Below, in pieces: positions 44,842 through 57,400 of a DNA stretch of 64,000 nt. Made by a program: the position numbers and the translations under genes. Below the pieces are notes generated by a model. That model saw only the letters and a program-made list of their open reading frames with translations, ran no database searches and was not told the origin of the DNA. The DNA is from Schizochytrium sp. TIO01 (lineage: Eukaryota; Protista; Bigyra: Labyrinthulomycetes). Every line of letters starts with the position of its first letter. The stretch's first letter is position 1. The stretch covers positions 2,294,001-2,358,000 of the forward strand of contig SMSO01000025.1 in assembly GCA_004764695.1 (NCBI GenBank). Reading direction: 5' to 3'.

Positions 44842-46740
44842 TTACTGTTCAGCATCGGCGTCGTCTTTGTCTTCATCATCTCCAGACGCGCTTGCATCTA
44901 CGTCAGCATCAGCATCAGCAACATCCTCATCCACATCTTCGTTGGCTTCCTCAGCACTCTCACGAGCAGCTAGAGCAGATTGCAAAAGGCGCTCACGGAA
45001 TTCTGCATGATCCTTAACAAAGAAATGTTGGTCAAGCCCCTCGGGTAAAGAAAAGCGGGGGGGCTCGGCACCGGCAGGGATTCCTTCCCAAGCCAAACCA
45101 TCCGGAACTTGATGGACACCGAGAGGGATGGGTCCAGAAGAAGTTGTCTCAGTTGATTCCGATGATGATTTGCCCTTCTTGGACGGGCTTGCATCCCCAG
45201 CAGGAAGGTCAATCACTGACGGCCAATCAACCCCGCGCGATGCGCGTGGGAAAGGCGCACACGGTCCTAAGCGACGGCGCTTACCAATTTTAGCAACATC
45301 CTGGTTCCAGAATCCAACAAGCAATGTTAAGCGATGGGTTACTTGAGTTGGGTCACGAAGCTTGGTTTCTGCATTCCGAGTCCGCTTTGCAGACTGAGGC
45401 GGCCGTCCTGGCAATACACCATGGAGACGATCACCTGGGAACATCAGAAAGCTTCCGTTGACCGGGTTTGCGACATAAGCACGAGTGGCGGGTTCGACAT
45501 CATCCACGCGTTGGTCAAAGACAACAGTAGGGCCAGCACCAGCGTTGTCTCCTGTGAGATAGGTGACAGAGCTAACCACAGGGTGAAGGATGGTAGCATC
45601 CTTGCCGTTCAGAGAGTTTTCCTCAGTGTCAAAGTGCAGTTGGTGTCCAAGGTTACGACCACTCGGACGTGAGTGAACCCACCATTCTGCACCAACAATG
45701 TCATCACGACCTACCAAAGGAAGAAGCTCTTGAATGGCCTTTTCAACAAGGTTAGAAGGTTTTTTGGTAATATCATACCAAAATGAGAAGTAGGCACCAT
45801 CGGCATAGTTTGTGCCTTCCCAGAACGGGGAGGAAGGTGAAAAGGACGAGCACAGCGCCTTCATGAGGTCAGCATCAAGAGCATTCTTCAAAAGTCGCAC
45901 AGGGGCATCTTCTTTGGCTGTTTTCGGTCCTCCTAGCTCAGGATTTTGACCGACACATCTCCAGACCTCAGGGCCAATGCGCCACTTAACTGGGTACTTT
46001 TGCAAGTAAGGAATAGCTTCGTCAAAGTCTCCCCACTGGTGATGCATAAGCGCTAGAAGGTATGCTGCTTGTTCTGCACAGCTTTCAACCGGAGCGTCCA
46101 CCCAGTGCTCAATCCATCCATTTCCTTCACCTTCTTCCTCTTCTTCCTCCTCTTGATCTTCTTCCTCCATCTCGTTGCTGTTATCCTCGTTCTTAGCCTT
46201 GTCATTCTCCTCGTCATTCTCATCCTTTGCATCTGCGGCTCCAGAATCGGCTTGGGGCTTCTTTGGGGCATTACCAATTTCCGCTTTAATCTTGCGGAGG
46301 TCTTCTTCTTGGGCCACGAGCTTCTTGTATAGTGTGATAGCTGTGGTGGGATTACCATGCTCACGTTCGATATTAGCCAAGTTCAGGCGAGCCATGACTG
46401 CTCCATCCCACCATTCCAAGGCACGTTGGAACCACTCACGAGCATCCTCAAAATCCCTGTTGTCCAAGAAAAGCCCTCCAGCACAGTTCGCAGCAGTAGA
46501 TGCAATTACATGAAGAGGAGGTTCTTCGAGGCTCGCAAGATCGTTGTAGTCCATGCCTACGTCCTTGCGCTTACCAAGCTCTTCCAGAGCAACATCTTGG
46601 ATCAATTCATAGGCAGCGAATGCCTCGCTAAGTTCACCATCATCTTCATGTCCTTGAGCTGTCATAAAGAGCTCGTAGGCGCGGTCAGCGGTCACATCCT
46701 CATACTCCTCAACAGATTGTTGGTCCTCGCTGCCACTCAT
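44842..46740 (-). CDS. TPR + 2OG-Fe(II) oxygenase-like protein
   Basis: ATG at 46740. TPR helices (DFEDAREWFQRALE, ARLNLANIE). Oxygenase motifs GAEWWVH, HQLHFD, HPVVSSVTYL, GPTVVF, FPGDRLHGV, RLTLLVGFW. Confidence 0.8.
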   Translation of the reverse strand: MSGSEDQQSVEEYEDVTADRAYELFMTAQGHEDDGELSEAFAAYELIQDVALEELGKRKDVGMDYNDLASLEEPPLHVIASTAANCAGGLFLDNRDFEDAREWFQRALEWWDGAVMARLNLANIEREHGNPTTAITLYKKLVAQEEDLRKIKAEIGNAPKKPQADSGAADAKDENDEENDKAKNEDNSNEMEEEDQEEEEEEEGEGNGWIEHWVDAPVESCAEQAAYLLALMHHQWGDFDEAIPYLQKYPVKWRIGPEVWRCVGQNPELGGPKTAKEDAPVRLLKNALDADLMKALCSSFSPSSPFWEGTNYADGAYFSFWYDITKKPSNLVEKAIQELLPLVGRDDIVGAEWWVHSRPSGRNLGHQLHFDTEENSLNGKDATILHPVVSSVTYLTGDNAGAGPTVVFDQRVDDVEPATRAYVANPVNGSFLMFPGDRLHGVLPGRPPQSAKRTRNAETKLRDPTQVTHRLTLLVGFWNQDVAKIGKRRRLGPCAPFPRASRGVDWPSVIDLPAGDASPSKKGKSSSESTETTSSGPIPLGVHQVPDGLAWEGIPAGAEPPRFSLPEGLDQHFFVKDHAEFRERLLQSALAARESAEEANEDVDEDVADADADVDASASGDDEDKDDADAEQ

Positions 46741-47613
46741 CGTGTCCAATCTATTATGCCTCTACACCCTTTTCAAGGCTCCAAGGACAGTGTTCAACCA
46801 ATGAAAGCGAACCTCAAGCAAGTACTTTGGTCCGCTTAGAAGGTGCTCTAGACCTCGCCAGCTACACCTAAAAGTGGACCTTTGCCGAGGAGATTCTGCG
46901 TGGAATCAGAATGGGAACTACAAGGACGCCACTGGCGATCCTGATTTACTCCGTTTGTTCAAAGAGGGACAATTAGGAGTCACCTAATGCGGCCTATCTC
47001 TTTAAGATTCCGAAAAAGGGTTGTGCACACTGCCGCAAAAGGGGTTGTTCAGAATAGAAGAAGAAAGGTTTCGCTGCTTTGCTCGGCTCATTAAGTAAGT
47101 CCTCGATCTAAGTTAACAAGATCGTCTCCATGGAGCCAAAGAAATCACAAATGAGGGTGTACTGTGCGAATCAACCTCAGACGAGGACGAAAGCTCGCCA
47201 CGGAGCAAATAAAGAAGCTCACAAGGGAGTGCAGAACGATGGTCCTCAAACTTTGAACAATTTCTCATACTACCTACTGCAAAGAACATTGACCTATTAA
47301 AGCAAAACATTTCAGATTACTTTCAACGTTGATGAAAAGACATAAAAGGTTGCAAATGACCTCTCAGAATGGCTTTGACATTATTTAAGAAAGTGGACCT
47401 CGTTTCTCGTTTCCTGAATTCATAGCATTTTCCTGTCACGTAGAGAATTGACTGATTTGTTTCCCTTTGATGTACTTAACTAAATACTCGTATGTATGTA
47501 CTTAGTTTGTACCTATTAACTTAGGTACCTACTTTTAAGATGATGAATGATCCCTTAAGCAAAACAGCTTTTGAGATTGGCCCCGACTAGAGCGCTGTTA
47601 AAAGCAAGGGCTC

Positions 47614-48762
47614 ATGTCTGCCTCATGCCTAGTAACTCGAGCTACGCTAGCTGAAAGGTGGGATCTGCATGAAGTGGGTTGTTTTCTGCCTCTTGACACA
47701 CCAGTTTGCCTTCCTGAGGATGTTTTTGCAGGATGGGAGACCATAGTGAAGAACTTGCCTCAGGTTCGCACAAAGACTCGTGGTGATCTTCTAGAGCTCA
47801 TTCGAGCACAGGAGGCAGCTGCTGATGATGTGGAGACTTTCTTGCATAGCTGCGAACCAAGGTTCTTGCGCAGAGCTCATGTGGTATTTGGGTTCATCGC
47901 GCAAGCTCTCATTCACGGTTTCAACAAGAACCCATGGAACTTCGCAGTAGATGAGGTTCCAGTGACCCTCGCTGAGCCGTATATGGTTGTCAACCAGAGA
48001 CTTGGCTTGCCAGGGATCACTTGCGCTTGCACCTTTGACACTTACAACTGGACGCTACGCAACCCAAAGGACGGAATTCAACTTAGTAATATGAAGAGTG
48101 TCTCCCGCATGACTTCAGAATCCGCGGAGGTGGCCTTTCATTTGACGAGTACAATGCATGGAATTATGGCTGATGCCTTGTTCGATCTCCTCCTGTGCCC
48201 CGAGGCGATCCGCAACAAAGATGTGATCTATTTGAGACAAACCATGCGTAAAATTAGGCGTGGATTGTTGCAGTGCATCAAAATATTCAAGTATATGGTC
48301 AAAAATCTTGATGGAGATTCTTTTGACCGCTACCGACCCCTTTTGCAGGGATGTTATCCTGTTGGTGCGAGGTTCGCACGTCGCAATGACGTAGATCCAA
48401 CCATTGTTTGTGCCAAAGGGGCGAGTGCTGGTCAAAGCGCGATGTTCTTTTTGCTAGATTCTGCCCTCCAGGTTCAGCACAAGGGCAGTGCCGCGGCTTT
48501 TGCAGAAGAGATGCTTTCTTATCTCCCCCGTCAGCATCGAGAGTGTGTCTTAGATTTCAAGTCACGCCTTGCAAAGTCGGGTTCTTTACGTGAAGTTAAA
48601 GGACTTGAGCCTGAGTATAGGTCTGCACTGCATGCCCTCCTTGCGTTTCGAACCTTCCACATGAAGGCCGCCATGCACTTCCTTGGCAAAGTCGTCACCG
48701 GCACCGGCGCTTCTGATTTTCGAGTGATGCTGCAAGAAACAATTGAAGAAACACGTTGCTAA
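47614..48762 (+). CDS. Indoleamine 2,3-dioxygenase (IDO)-family heme dioxygenase
   Basis: GCFLP, LRRAH.V.GFI, LGLP, YNW, R..L.G, GASAGQS, YLP..HR, FRTFH (proximal His), GTGAS. Confidence 0.88.
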   Translation: MSASCLVTRATLAERWDLHEVGCFLPLDTPVCLPEDVFAGWETIVKNLPQVRTKTRGDLLELIRAQEAAADDVETFLHSCEPRFLRRAHVVFGFIAQALIHGFNKNPWNFAVDEVPVTLAEPYMVVNQRLGLPGITCACTFDTYNWTLRNPKDGIQLSNMKSVSRMTSESAEVAFHLTSTMHGIMADALFDLLLCPEAIRNKDVIYLRQTMRKIRRGLLQCIKIFKYMVKNLDGDSFDRYRPLLQGCYPVGARFARRNDVDPTIVCAKGASAGQSAMFFLLDSALQVQHKGSAAAFAEEMLSYLPRQHRECVLDFKSRLAKSGSLREVKGLEPEYRSALHALLAFRTFHMKAAMHFLGKVVTGTGASDFRVMLQETIEETRC

Positions 48763-48995
48763 CACGGGCGACTGGGGAGGTTGCAAAACTCACGTTTAGT
48801 AGAACAGGATGCCTCAATCCATCCTGGCTTGATTTCCTATCATTATTTGGGTATTTATTATGGGCAAACTATTAATTCTTTATGGGTAGTAAAATTGAAT
48901 CGTAGCACCTGTTTTCGCGACTGTTAAAAGAGCAATAAAATAACAAGAATACAAAATTATGAATATTTTGCTGTATATGTCTTATGAGACTATAA

Positions 48996-49871
48996 CTAGT
49001 TTGTCCACTTGATGATGAGAATGATTGTAAAGATGAGAATGAGAACTACAAGGATTGCAATACATTTGATGGGGCGCGTACTCTTGGAGTACTTTTCCGC
49101 CTTTTTCAGCTGTTCAACAGCCTTATCGGTCTGCATTACAACATTCTCCATGTTGTAGTCGATGCGGTCGAGGACCGTGCCCTGGTCGATAACCAATACC
49201 GCGAGCTCCTTGAAGATAGCCGCAAGCTCGTTGATTGACGACGCGATCTTTTGAATTTCCTGATCGCGCTCCTCTACATTGGTTTCTGCCAGTTCAAGCA
49301 ATACCGCCTGTTCATCTGTGAATCCATCCACCTCCACACGCGGCTGTTCGGGGTCCGCTCCGAGCAAGTCATCTAGATCTCCGCCTCCCTTTTGAGACTT
49401 CAGGCGCGTCATGTATTCCTTCTGAGATTTACGAAAGGACATGCTCAGGGTCTGGAGCTGCTGTGCGAGCTGTCGTTGGATATTCTTGCGTACCATTTCA
49501 TCGCCGGAGCCCCTCATCTTGGCGTCGGGTTTCGCAATTCGCTCCATAAGCTTGCGCTCTGCCTGTCGGAATTTGTCTGTGATCTGTTTTGTCAAAATGT
49601 CGATCTCACGGTCACGCATACCTTCGGCCTCGTCAAATCGGACCATAAGCCGCTTTCGATGCGCTTCATGCAGCTTGGAAATTTGCTGTTCAATCTGCCG
49701 AATGATATCGTTCACCTGCTCCACGCTGTCGACCCAGTGAGGCGGCAGTGTGTTCATCATTTCGGTCGTGGAATCTCCAATTGGAGCAGCTCCAAATCCT
49801 CGCGGCCGCCGCCGCTCATTGAAGCCCTCGCGGAGCTGCTTGAACTTGCGAGTGAGGTTGCGCGTCGCCAT
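48996..49871 (-). CDS. STX16: Syntaxin-16 (Tlg2/SYP4) Qa-SNARE
   Basis: N-peptide MATRNLTRKF, LPP.WVD, LS..FRKSQ..Y, IFKELAVLVIDQGTVLDRIDYN, C-terminal TM. Confidence 0.93.
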   Translation of the reverse strand: MATRNLTRKFKQLREGFNERRRPRGFGAAPIGDSTTEMMNTLPPHWVDSVEQVNDIIRQIEQQISKLHEAHRKRLMVRFDEAEGMRDREIDILTKQITDKFRQAERKLMERIAKPDAKMRGSGDEMVRKNIQRQLAQQLQTLSMSFRKSQKEYMTRLKSQKGGGDLDDLLGADPEQPRVEVDGFTDEQAVLLELAETNVEERDQEIQKIASSINELAAIFKELAVLVIDQGTVLDRIDYNMENVVMQTDKAVEQLKKAEKYSKSTRPIKCIAILVVLILIFTIILIIKWTN

Positions 49872-50412
49872 CTTGCCACGCCGATGAAGTTTAATCTATC
49901 TACGAATGTAAAGACCCCTTGTTACTCCGAGGTAAGTGGACTCCTCCTTTGCGGATCTTTCCAGTCAGAGCAGCGGGGAGACTTCACAGTCTATCGAGCT
50001 CTGAAGAGACAACTCTGCTCTTTGGATATCTATCTAGCTTGCTTGCGCTGTGGAGCAGAGTATTTTGCTTTCTTTACTATGATCCATCGTGGTCGAAAAG
50101 ATGCTGCATAAGGAGGGTGTAAGTGAGTTATGGCTGTAGAAAGTGGGTTATAGAAGTTACTATCAACTTACGATTGTAAGTAAAGTTCACTATTCCATCT
50201 ATACCTCACTTAGGCTGACTTTATAACTCATTTACGGAGAAAAGATAGTACTCGTATACATATTCATATAATTACTTTCTTTCTTGTAAATGCTTTTATA
50301 TACTATAGGTACGAAAAGTGCAGTTCTTCAGAGATCCTGATCAACAATACGCCTTTTGAACGTTGTAGAGCGCAGAGCTGATTGTGATTGGCGTGCAAGG
50401 TCTCCGACCAAG

Positions 50413-51094
50413 ATGGTGCGTGGTCAAGTTTATGAGCCCTTCCATAGCGGAGAAGGCGATCGCTTTGAGTTTATGGTAAAGTAGTTCTTGGCCAACTGAC
50501 GATGGGGACTGTTCGGGGTCCTTACGCGACAATAGATCAACTTTGTCCTTGTGCAAAACAAGCAGGGTAGGACGCGGCTCTCCAAATGGTACACTGCTAC
50601 TCCAGAGTCGGAGAGACGAGCTGTAGAGAAGGAAACTTACCGTATTGTATCCACGCGAGAGGATACATTCACTAATTTTGTTGAGGTAAGTATGATGAGT
50701 CTTGGGACCTTTCGAGTTGGCCTAACGTATTATATTCCGTCCCCATCTTGCTATTATTCCTATTGGTCGAACTTTCTCCGCGTTCCCTGGCTTGAATTTA
50801 CAGTTCAACATCGGCAAAAAAGATTGCAAGCTCATATATCGTAGGTATGCCTCGCTCTTTTTCACGTTTTGCGTTGACGAATCGGATAATGAGCTTGGAG
50901 CTTTCGAAGCAATCCATCTGTTTGTTGAGACCTTGGATATGTACTTTCGCTCAGTATGCGAACTCGACCTGATTCATCACTTTAACAAGGTGTACTGTGT
51001 CTTAGACGAGCTAATTTTAGGGGGCAGAATTCAGGAAACCAACGTAAAAAAAATCCTGCAAAAAGTTGTTGCCGATGATAAAATTGTTGATTAA
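50413..51094 (+). CDS. Adaptor protein complex sigma (small) subunit, most like AP-2 sigma; exons ATG (50413-50415, alternatively 50473-50475), 50536-50685, 50804-51094
   Basis: Spliced product [20 protein letters not shown]...TNFVE-F...[10 protein letters not shown]...[35 protein letters not shown]. Both introns are GT..AG. Confidence 0.88.
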
Positions 51095-51395
51095 ACAAGT
51101 TCAGGTAGGTGTCGTAGAAAGAGGCTACTTGGCCAATCTAGCCTGTCGGGCTATCAAAGATGCAAAAGAATCGATCGCAGAAAGGAGAGTCTTGAGAGCA
51201 TTGAGAACTCGGAATAATACCCTGTCCTTTGTTGCTTCTCGGTGGTGATACGCACCTCTTCGTGCCCCTCCCCCCTCGTTTTGTTTTCAGGTTTGCCTAG
51301 CAGGCTTAGCCATACACTGTTCATCCTCTGAAGTCCTCAAGAACTTACAAAGACATCGTGACTGCCACATATATATGTACTGTTATTTCATAAAC

Positions 51396-52699
51396 TTAGA
51401 TTGCACAATCTGTCCAGTCCTCGCTTGTTGGGATGAAACCATGCAAGGCCTCCGGGAAGAGCTTCTTTAATGTCTCTTGGCTTGCTTCATGCAACTTCAT
51501 CCTCTTGAGAATCTCTGTATCATCATGAACCTTGAAGGGTTCAGACATGTTAAGCACTACATCAGTTCTGGACTCCGTGACCTCACACTCTATGATGGCA
51601 TCCTTGTTTGTGCTGACCACGACAAAAGGAAGGGCCAGCCGGTTCTCTGGGTCTACATCCTTTGAGCGCTTTCTGTTCCGCTCTGCAAGATTATGAACCG
51701 CTGTAGTTTGCATCATGAGCTCTCGAAGCTGGGCACGCTTGTCGCTGATCCGCTTCAGCAAATCCCGACGCTCCTTATCCAGGATGACATAATCGCGCTC
51801 AGTGGAATTCGGCACTGAAGTCCAGCTAAGCATATTTTGATCCTTATCAACCAACCCCATGGCGATCAGCACATTGATAACATCATAAATTCTGCGACGA
51901 AGAGTTTTGTCTTCCTCAGGAGACAAAGGAGTTCCTTCGCCAGGCACCGTGAGGATCTCATGTACACTTTTGATCAATGACGAGGCAAGGTCTTGATACG
52001 TGATTGTTTGTTCCTGACGAATCTTCTGCAGTACCTGTGCAGCAGTCACCAGACTCTGTGCATTATTCGGAGGCAATGACTCACTTTGGGCTTTTCCGCC
52101 TGTGACAATCTCTCGGCGGCGCTTGCGCTGCAGCTGGGACGTTTTGGCGTCGCCTTGTCCATCCAGGTTTTGAGAGCGTTTGCCTAGTAAAGTTGACATT
52201 TTCTCGTCTATATATTGCATATTGTCACCACAAGGCACACAATGTTTTGTTTCATACATCAAGTCAGTACCAATCAAGGCTCTTTGATTGCGAAAGGTGG
52301 ACTTGCATTCCATCGTAATTTTTGTTCCTATACACCCGTTACCTGAAGGTCTTGCTTCGGATTCCCACATCACAAAGTTATAGTTCGAACAAACCTAAGA
52401 CTTACCCTGTGAGTCAGCAAGCGCTGCGAACTTTCCATCCTGAAGAATTTTAAGCTTTGTAGCGAGATTATCCAGGCCAGCCTCCTGTGCAAAAGATCAC
52501 AACAAAAATCGTAGCATTTTGCGGAGTCAGTTACCAAGTTGCTCATAATCCTGACTCTAATTATGTTGTATTCAGAGCCCCCCGCAATCTTTATTGTCCA
52601 TATTTCCATGCCCTCACGTACCTTAAGACTGCGCACAAATGCGTCGTGCACGGACTCGTCTTCCTCCCGGGGAGGTGAGGACTTTGCTTGTTGCTCCAT
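51396..52699 (-). CDS. E2F dimerization partner (DP) transcription factor; exons 52699-52622, 52484-52406, 52207-51396
   Basis: RRRIYDVINVLIAMG, LAERN, LALPFVVVST, PF.VHDDTEILKRM. Three exons (78+79+812 = 969 nt) are in frame with GT-AG boundaries. Confidence 0.85.
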
Positions 52700-53484
52700 C
52701 CCGCGATTAATTCAAGCAGCGAACCTCCAATCGAAGTGTTTTTCTTTGATGTTGTCCAACGTGACCCCGCGCGAAGAATAGGTGCGCGGAATAGGAGAAA
52801 GCAGCAAGAACCAGATGCTCTGCCGCAGCTGAAGCAATCAAATCAGCGGCTCTCGCAGGACTTTGTCGAGCGGGTTTGAGCAGTTTATTAGATTTAGTTA
52901 TGCCAAGTAAACTAAACTAAATCATTAAATAATACATTCATTTATGTGGCGGAAAAAACCTGTCTCCAGTAGTAATAGTAAGATGCTTTTTCCCGCTCAA
53001 GCAGTCAGCGCTTTGGAGCCCAAGCGCAACAATGTCAATGGAAAGTCTTAGCTTTCATGAGTAACAAGGTAAGTCAGGTGTGCCCAAATTAATGTATGCA
53101 GTTCAGCAAAGTCATAGGTAGAATGTTGCGGCGCAAGTTGTTTTTCAGTTTTCGCTCACATTCTCTTTGCCGACAGAAAATAGGTTAAAGGGATCATTGT
53201 TGTAAAGATAACTTGGGTAAACTCTGGGTATCATAGAAGAGCCCAAAGAAGGGAGAAAGTATTCACTCTCGCAGTGAATTTTGCGAAGACACAAGAGGTC
53301 ATAGTTTGGAGGGTGGGCACCACTCTAGATTTCCTGGAGATATAAAGCCCCTTTGCGAAGGTTAGGGCAACTGCCTTTATCATATATATGAAGTAATACC
53401 TGAAACGAAGCATCGACCGGTGCATGGGAAAAACCGCTGCAGGACAACTTCTCCTCGGTCTACTTTCGCAGCTTACGCAAAATC

Positions 53485-54101
53485 ATGTTTAATGTATATG
53501 CGTACCGGGAGACACCTTTTGCAAAACGTGAGGTAAGTTCTGTATATTGAGGAACTCTTGTAAACATTTAATCGTAGTCTTTCTGACAACTGAAAACCAT
53601 TATCTACAAATAAAACAGCGAGAACGAAGGCAGGCTGCTCATCGTCGTCGCCTTCAGGAAATCAAGAGTGGAAAGGCTTCAAAGACTGTCGATACAACCG
53701 ATTACATACCAACAGGAGATAACGTTCGCGAACGCGCAAAACTTCTTCGCAAGCCTACCACTCCACCGGAAACAAAGCTATGGGATCAAAACAAGGAAAA
53801 CCTTCGCAACAAGGAAAATTTAAGCATAAGCGCATCAAGCCCATCTGGGATTACCAAAGGAGGCTCTAGTCAAATGGGGGTCCATTTAAACCGAAAGAAA
53901 GGGTTCTTGCCAGTTATGAAACCTCGAAAGACCTTGCAATATGATGACTATATGAATTTTTACCAAGCTTGCGAGATTGAATTTGAGCATGAAGAGAGCA
54001 GTTCGAGTGACCGAAAACTTACTATTGTGTCATCCATTCTTTGTGAAAACCAGTTCGACTATCAATCAGGTGGTGAGGAGGAGTCTGATTTTTGGGGCTG
54101 A
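53485..54101 (+). CDS. Small basic protein with CFAP97/Hemingway-like motif; exons 53485-53532 and 53619-54101
   Basis: MFNVYAYRETPFAKRE|RERRQAAHRRRLQEIKSG...VDT is joined by a GTAAGT...ACAG intron. H..RL..IK...D resembles KIAA1430/CFAP97. Confidence 0.55.
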
Positions 54102-54471
54102 TTTAACGCAGCGCAACAACACTTTTGCAACCAGAAAGGAATGCGGCTTTACAATGTTGATTTTCAACGTCGTATATGGTATTGTTTGTGGCATACAACT
54201 TCGTAAAGTAAGCGTTGTAGGGTTCAACGAAAGTAAAGACCATCAAATTGACCAATACTAGAATAAAATCAATCGATCTCTCCCTCACAAGATAAGCCAT
54301 AAGATGTATAAAGAAAGTTTGTAGACAACAAAAAGTCAAAGCGTTGCTATTTAACATGATTACTACGTTCAATGATCCCGCCTTGGTTTTAAATGTTTTG
54401 TCATTATTATCAAAAATGACATCATCTCTTTGGTGCTACACCTGTCGCGGGAAAGTACTAGAGGTCACTTT

Positions 54472-57400
54472 TTACTCATTCAACAAATTTTCCTTTGAAA
54501 ATTTGGTCAAGGTGCGCACCACAACTTGGTCACCTTCAAGAATGTCTTGGTTAAGCTGCTCCAATTGAGGCTCAATTTCAGAATCAAACACTGTTGTAAG
54601 GGTTTCGACAAGATCCTCATATGACACACCACCATTGCTGGAAAGGTCAGCCTCAAACACCATCTCTGTGGCGTCTTCCCATGAACAGGGGATATCGAGC
54701 TGGCTCATTTGGTGCACGATGTCTTCAGCAAGCAACAAATCATCTGCCGAGTTACCCACGGTGAGGTTTGCAAAATCCACGGCAACTTGCTCGTAAAGTT
54801 TTTCTGCATGGATGTGCCAGGCCATCATACTACATAGAGTTGCGAAATGCATGGCTTGAACAGTCTTGGATGATGCAGAGTCAGAACTGTTAGGCGTTAC
54901 ATACGACTGAATGGTGAAATCTGACCATTCAGCGAACATCTTCTCTAGTCGATTCTGGTCCTCTTCGTGGTCAATATCTTGGAGAAACTTCTCCATGCCA
55001 TCCACAGTGAGTACCATATTGGGCAGGACTGGAATGGAACTCGGGAGTTCCCGGATCTCGTTTTCGTCTAATACACGTGCATGGCGCTGGAAAAAGAGAG
55101 CAAAGCCATAGATCTCGTCGTCACTGAGGCGCTCAAGACTTAACTCCTTGACAATAGCAAGGAATTGGGTCTCAGAGATAGACTGCGAGGAGACACAGTC
55201 CGTACGCATCAAGATATCATCGAGCTCTATATCACTCGGAAAGTGACCCATGTCCATGAGCGTCTGCCGAAGACGCGAGCGCGGGAGGGCAGTTTCAAAC
55301 AGTCCGGCAAGGTAAGACTGGTCCATTGGTTGTTGCAAAGGTGAAGCAAGGGAGTTACGCGAAACAGGCTGAAGCTGGGCTCCGCGGTTGCCGGCAAAGT
55401 TGTCCAGGTAGAGCTGTTGTTGCATTTGCTGTTGCTTCTGCTGCGCCTGTTGAGCAGTTGGGCTGTCCCCAGAGGTTTGCTTACCACGTGAGTGAAAGCG
55501 GTTCGAGGCAGCACGTCGCAAGCAAGCCACCGCATCAAGTTCTTGAACACGAGACAAGTGTGTGTGCTGGCGTGTCAGATCCGAGTCTACGCTGGCCTCT
55601 GCGCACGTGGAGCTTGGGGCGTGGTAAAACTTAAGGTGACGAAGATCTGGGCGAAGGGAGGGCGTGCGCTGCCATGTCTGACTTGAGCTGCGGGAGTGTG
55701 TTTTCGCCAATCGATCCGAATTTCTTCGTTCAGAGTTTCTGCGAGTTGTGTTGGTATGGGAACTTGCTTCGGATTGGCCAATAGAATGAGAGATACTACG
55801 GGAGCTGCCATAGGGCAAGCTTGGATTGCCTTCGTTTTGGATACGCTGTACCATCTCACTAAGATCATAATCCTGGGCAGCAGGCACGTGGGAACGGCGG
55901 GCTGGTACCGTCTTTGCCTCGTTCCCAGAAAGATCATGTCCATGATGGAGGTGATGATGGTGGTGAGTAGCGCCGCCTGCGAGTGCAGTCGATTCCTTTT
56001 TAGCAGTCTCGCGACGAAATGCAGCAGCTGCTTCACGCATGATTGCTCGGCCCACCTTACGTGAAGTAGAGCGAAGGTGAGCTTCATCGGGCTCGCCCAA
56101 AATATGACTTGGGCCGGCACCGGTGGTAGCACCAGCAGTAGTAGGTGTTGCCGTTGCAGCGGCTGCTGACATGCTCGCCGCCGATGGCCCTGAAGGATCG
56201 AGCGGAGGGCCGAGAGCCAACGACGACTCTGGGATCTGGGATTCCACATCGCGTCCAATTGGAGTTGTTGGTGCTGACAGAAATCCGGCATGACGATGCT
56301 GAACTGCAGGCTGATAACCATGATGTCCACCGTAGAAACTAGATCCACGGGATGAGCGTCCTGATGTACCAAGCTGGTGATGACCCGAGGCCGCCGCCAA
56401 AAAGTGATGCGAGGAGGACTGACGCACTGATGACGCTCTCGAAACAGATGTGAGGTACGCTGTCTGAATTGGATCTTCTTGAACTGCACGACGCTCGAAG
56501 AGCGACCAATGGTCAACAACATCAAGTTCGCGCGCAAGGCGGTTCCGCGCCCGGGCTGTAAGGCGGAGAACATTACGGTGAATTTCAAAGGCTACTTCAG
56601 GCTTTTGGGCTTGTAAGGTTTTTAAGCTTTCACGAGATAGGGCCAAGACAATGCACTCCTCATCTGCAATGACCGTATGGGAAACAGGATACTCGACGAA
56701 GAGGGCATCTTCGTTAATGAACGCACCGCGACGGTGGCTCTGAAGACGAATCAGAGAGTTATCAACACGTGTCATATAAGAGGTGAGACGTCCATGTTGC
56801 AATAGGAAGAGGTGGGGATTCACTTGCCCAGCCGTCAATAGCCGTGCGCCTTGCGGAATACGGATTGTCTCTACATACTTCCATACTGAGTCACCAAGAT
56901 GGCCACCAAGAATGTGCTCAAATGGCTCATGTTGAGCTTTAAGACGGGCCAGTTCATGAAGTCGACGGAAGGACTCAGAAAACACGAGCCAACGCTGACG
57001 GATGTTACTAGCGCGTTCCAGAAGGCGCTCCTCAACCCACTCCATTGCGAGATCAAGAGTTGGGAAAAGACGGCGGAGCTTTGGGGAAAACTCCCCATTG
57101 GGCGCATAATAATCTGGAGTGGCAAGGTTAGGTGCCATATCAATGAGGCCCTCATCAACGGTACCGCGTCGCGAGAGCTGATTCCGATCTGCATGATAGT
57201 TGCCATCGTCATCATCAAGATAATCCTTAGCGCTCTCTTCTTCCTCGGGCTGAGGCTCGCGTTGTTTGCGAAATGGCTTGAGGAGCTTATCAATATAGAC
57301 GATCACACGATGCGTACGAGGCATGGTAAGAATATTGGGGATAACCTTCTCCAGTTCTGATGGCGGAGGGCCCTGGGGATAACCTGACTTATGGATGAGG

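Noticed and set aside
52208-52373. N-terminal part of ORF 51396..52373 (MMWESEAR...)
   Set aside because: It falls inside predicted intron 2 of the DP gene.
52400-52410. Apparent 1-nt microexon (CAG|G|GTAAGT) restoring the DP reading frame
   Set aside because: A stronger acceptor (ttttgcacag) 78 nt upstream gives an ordinary open 79-nt exon (52484-52406) with the same phase.
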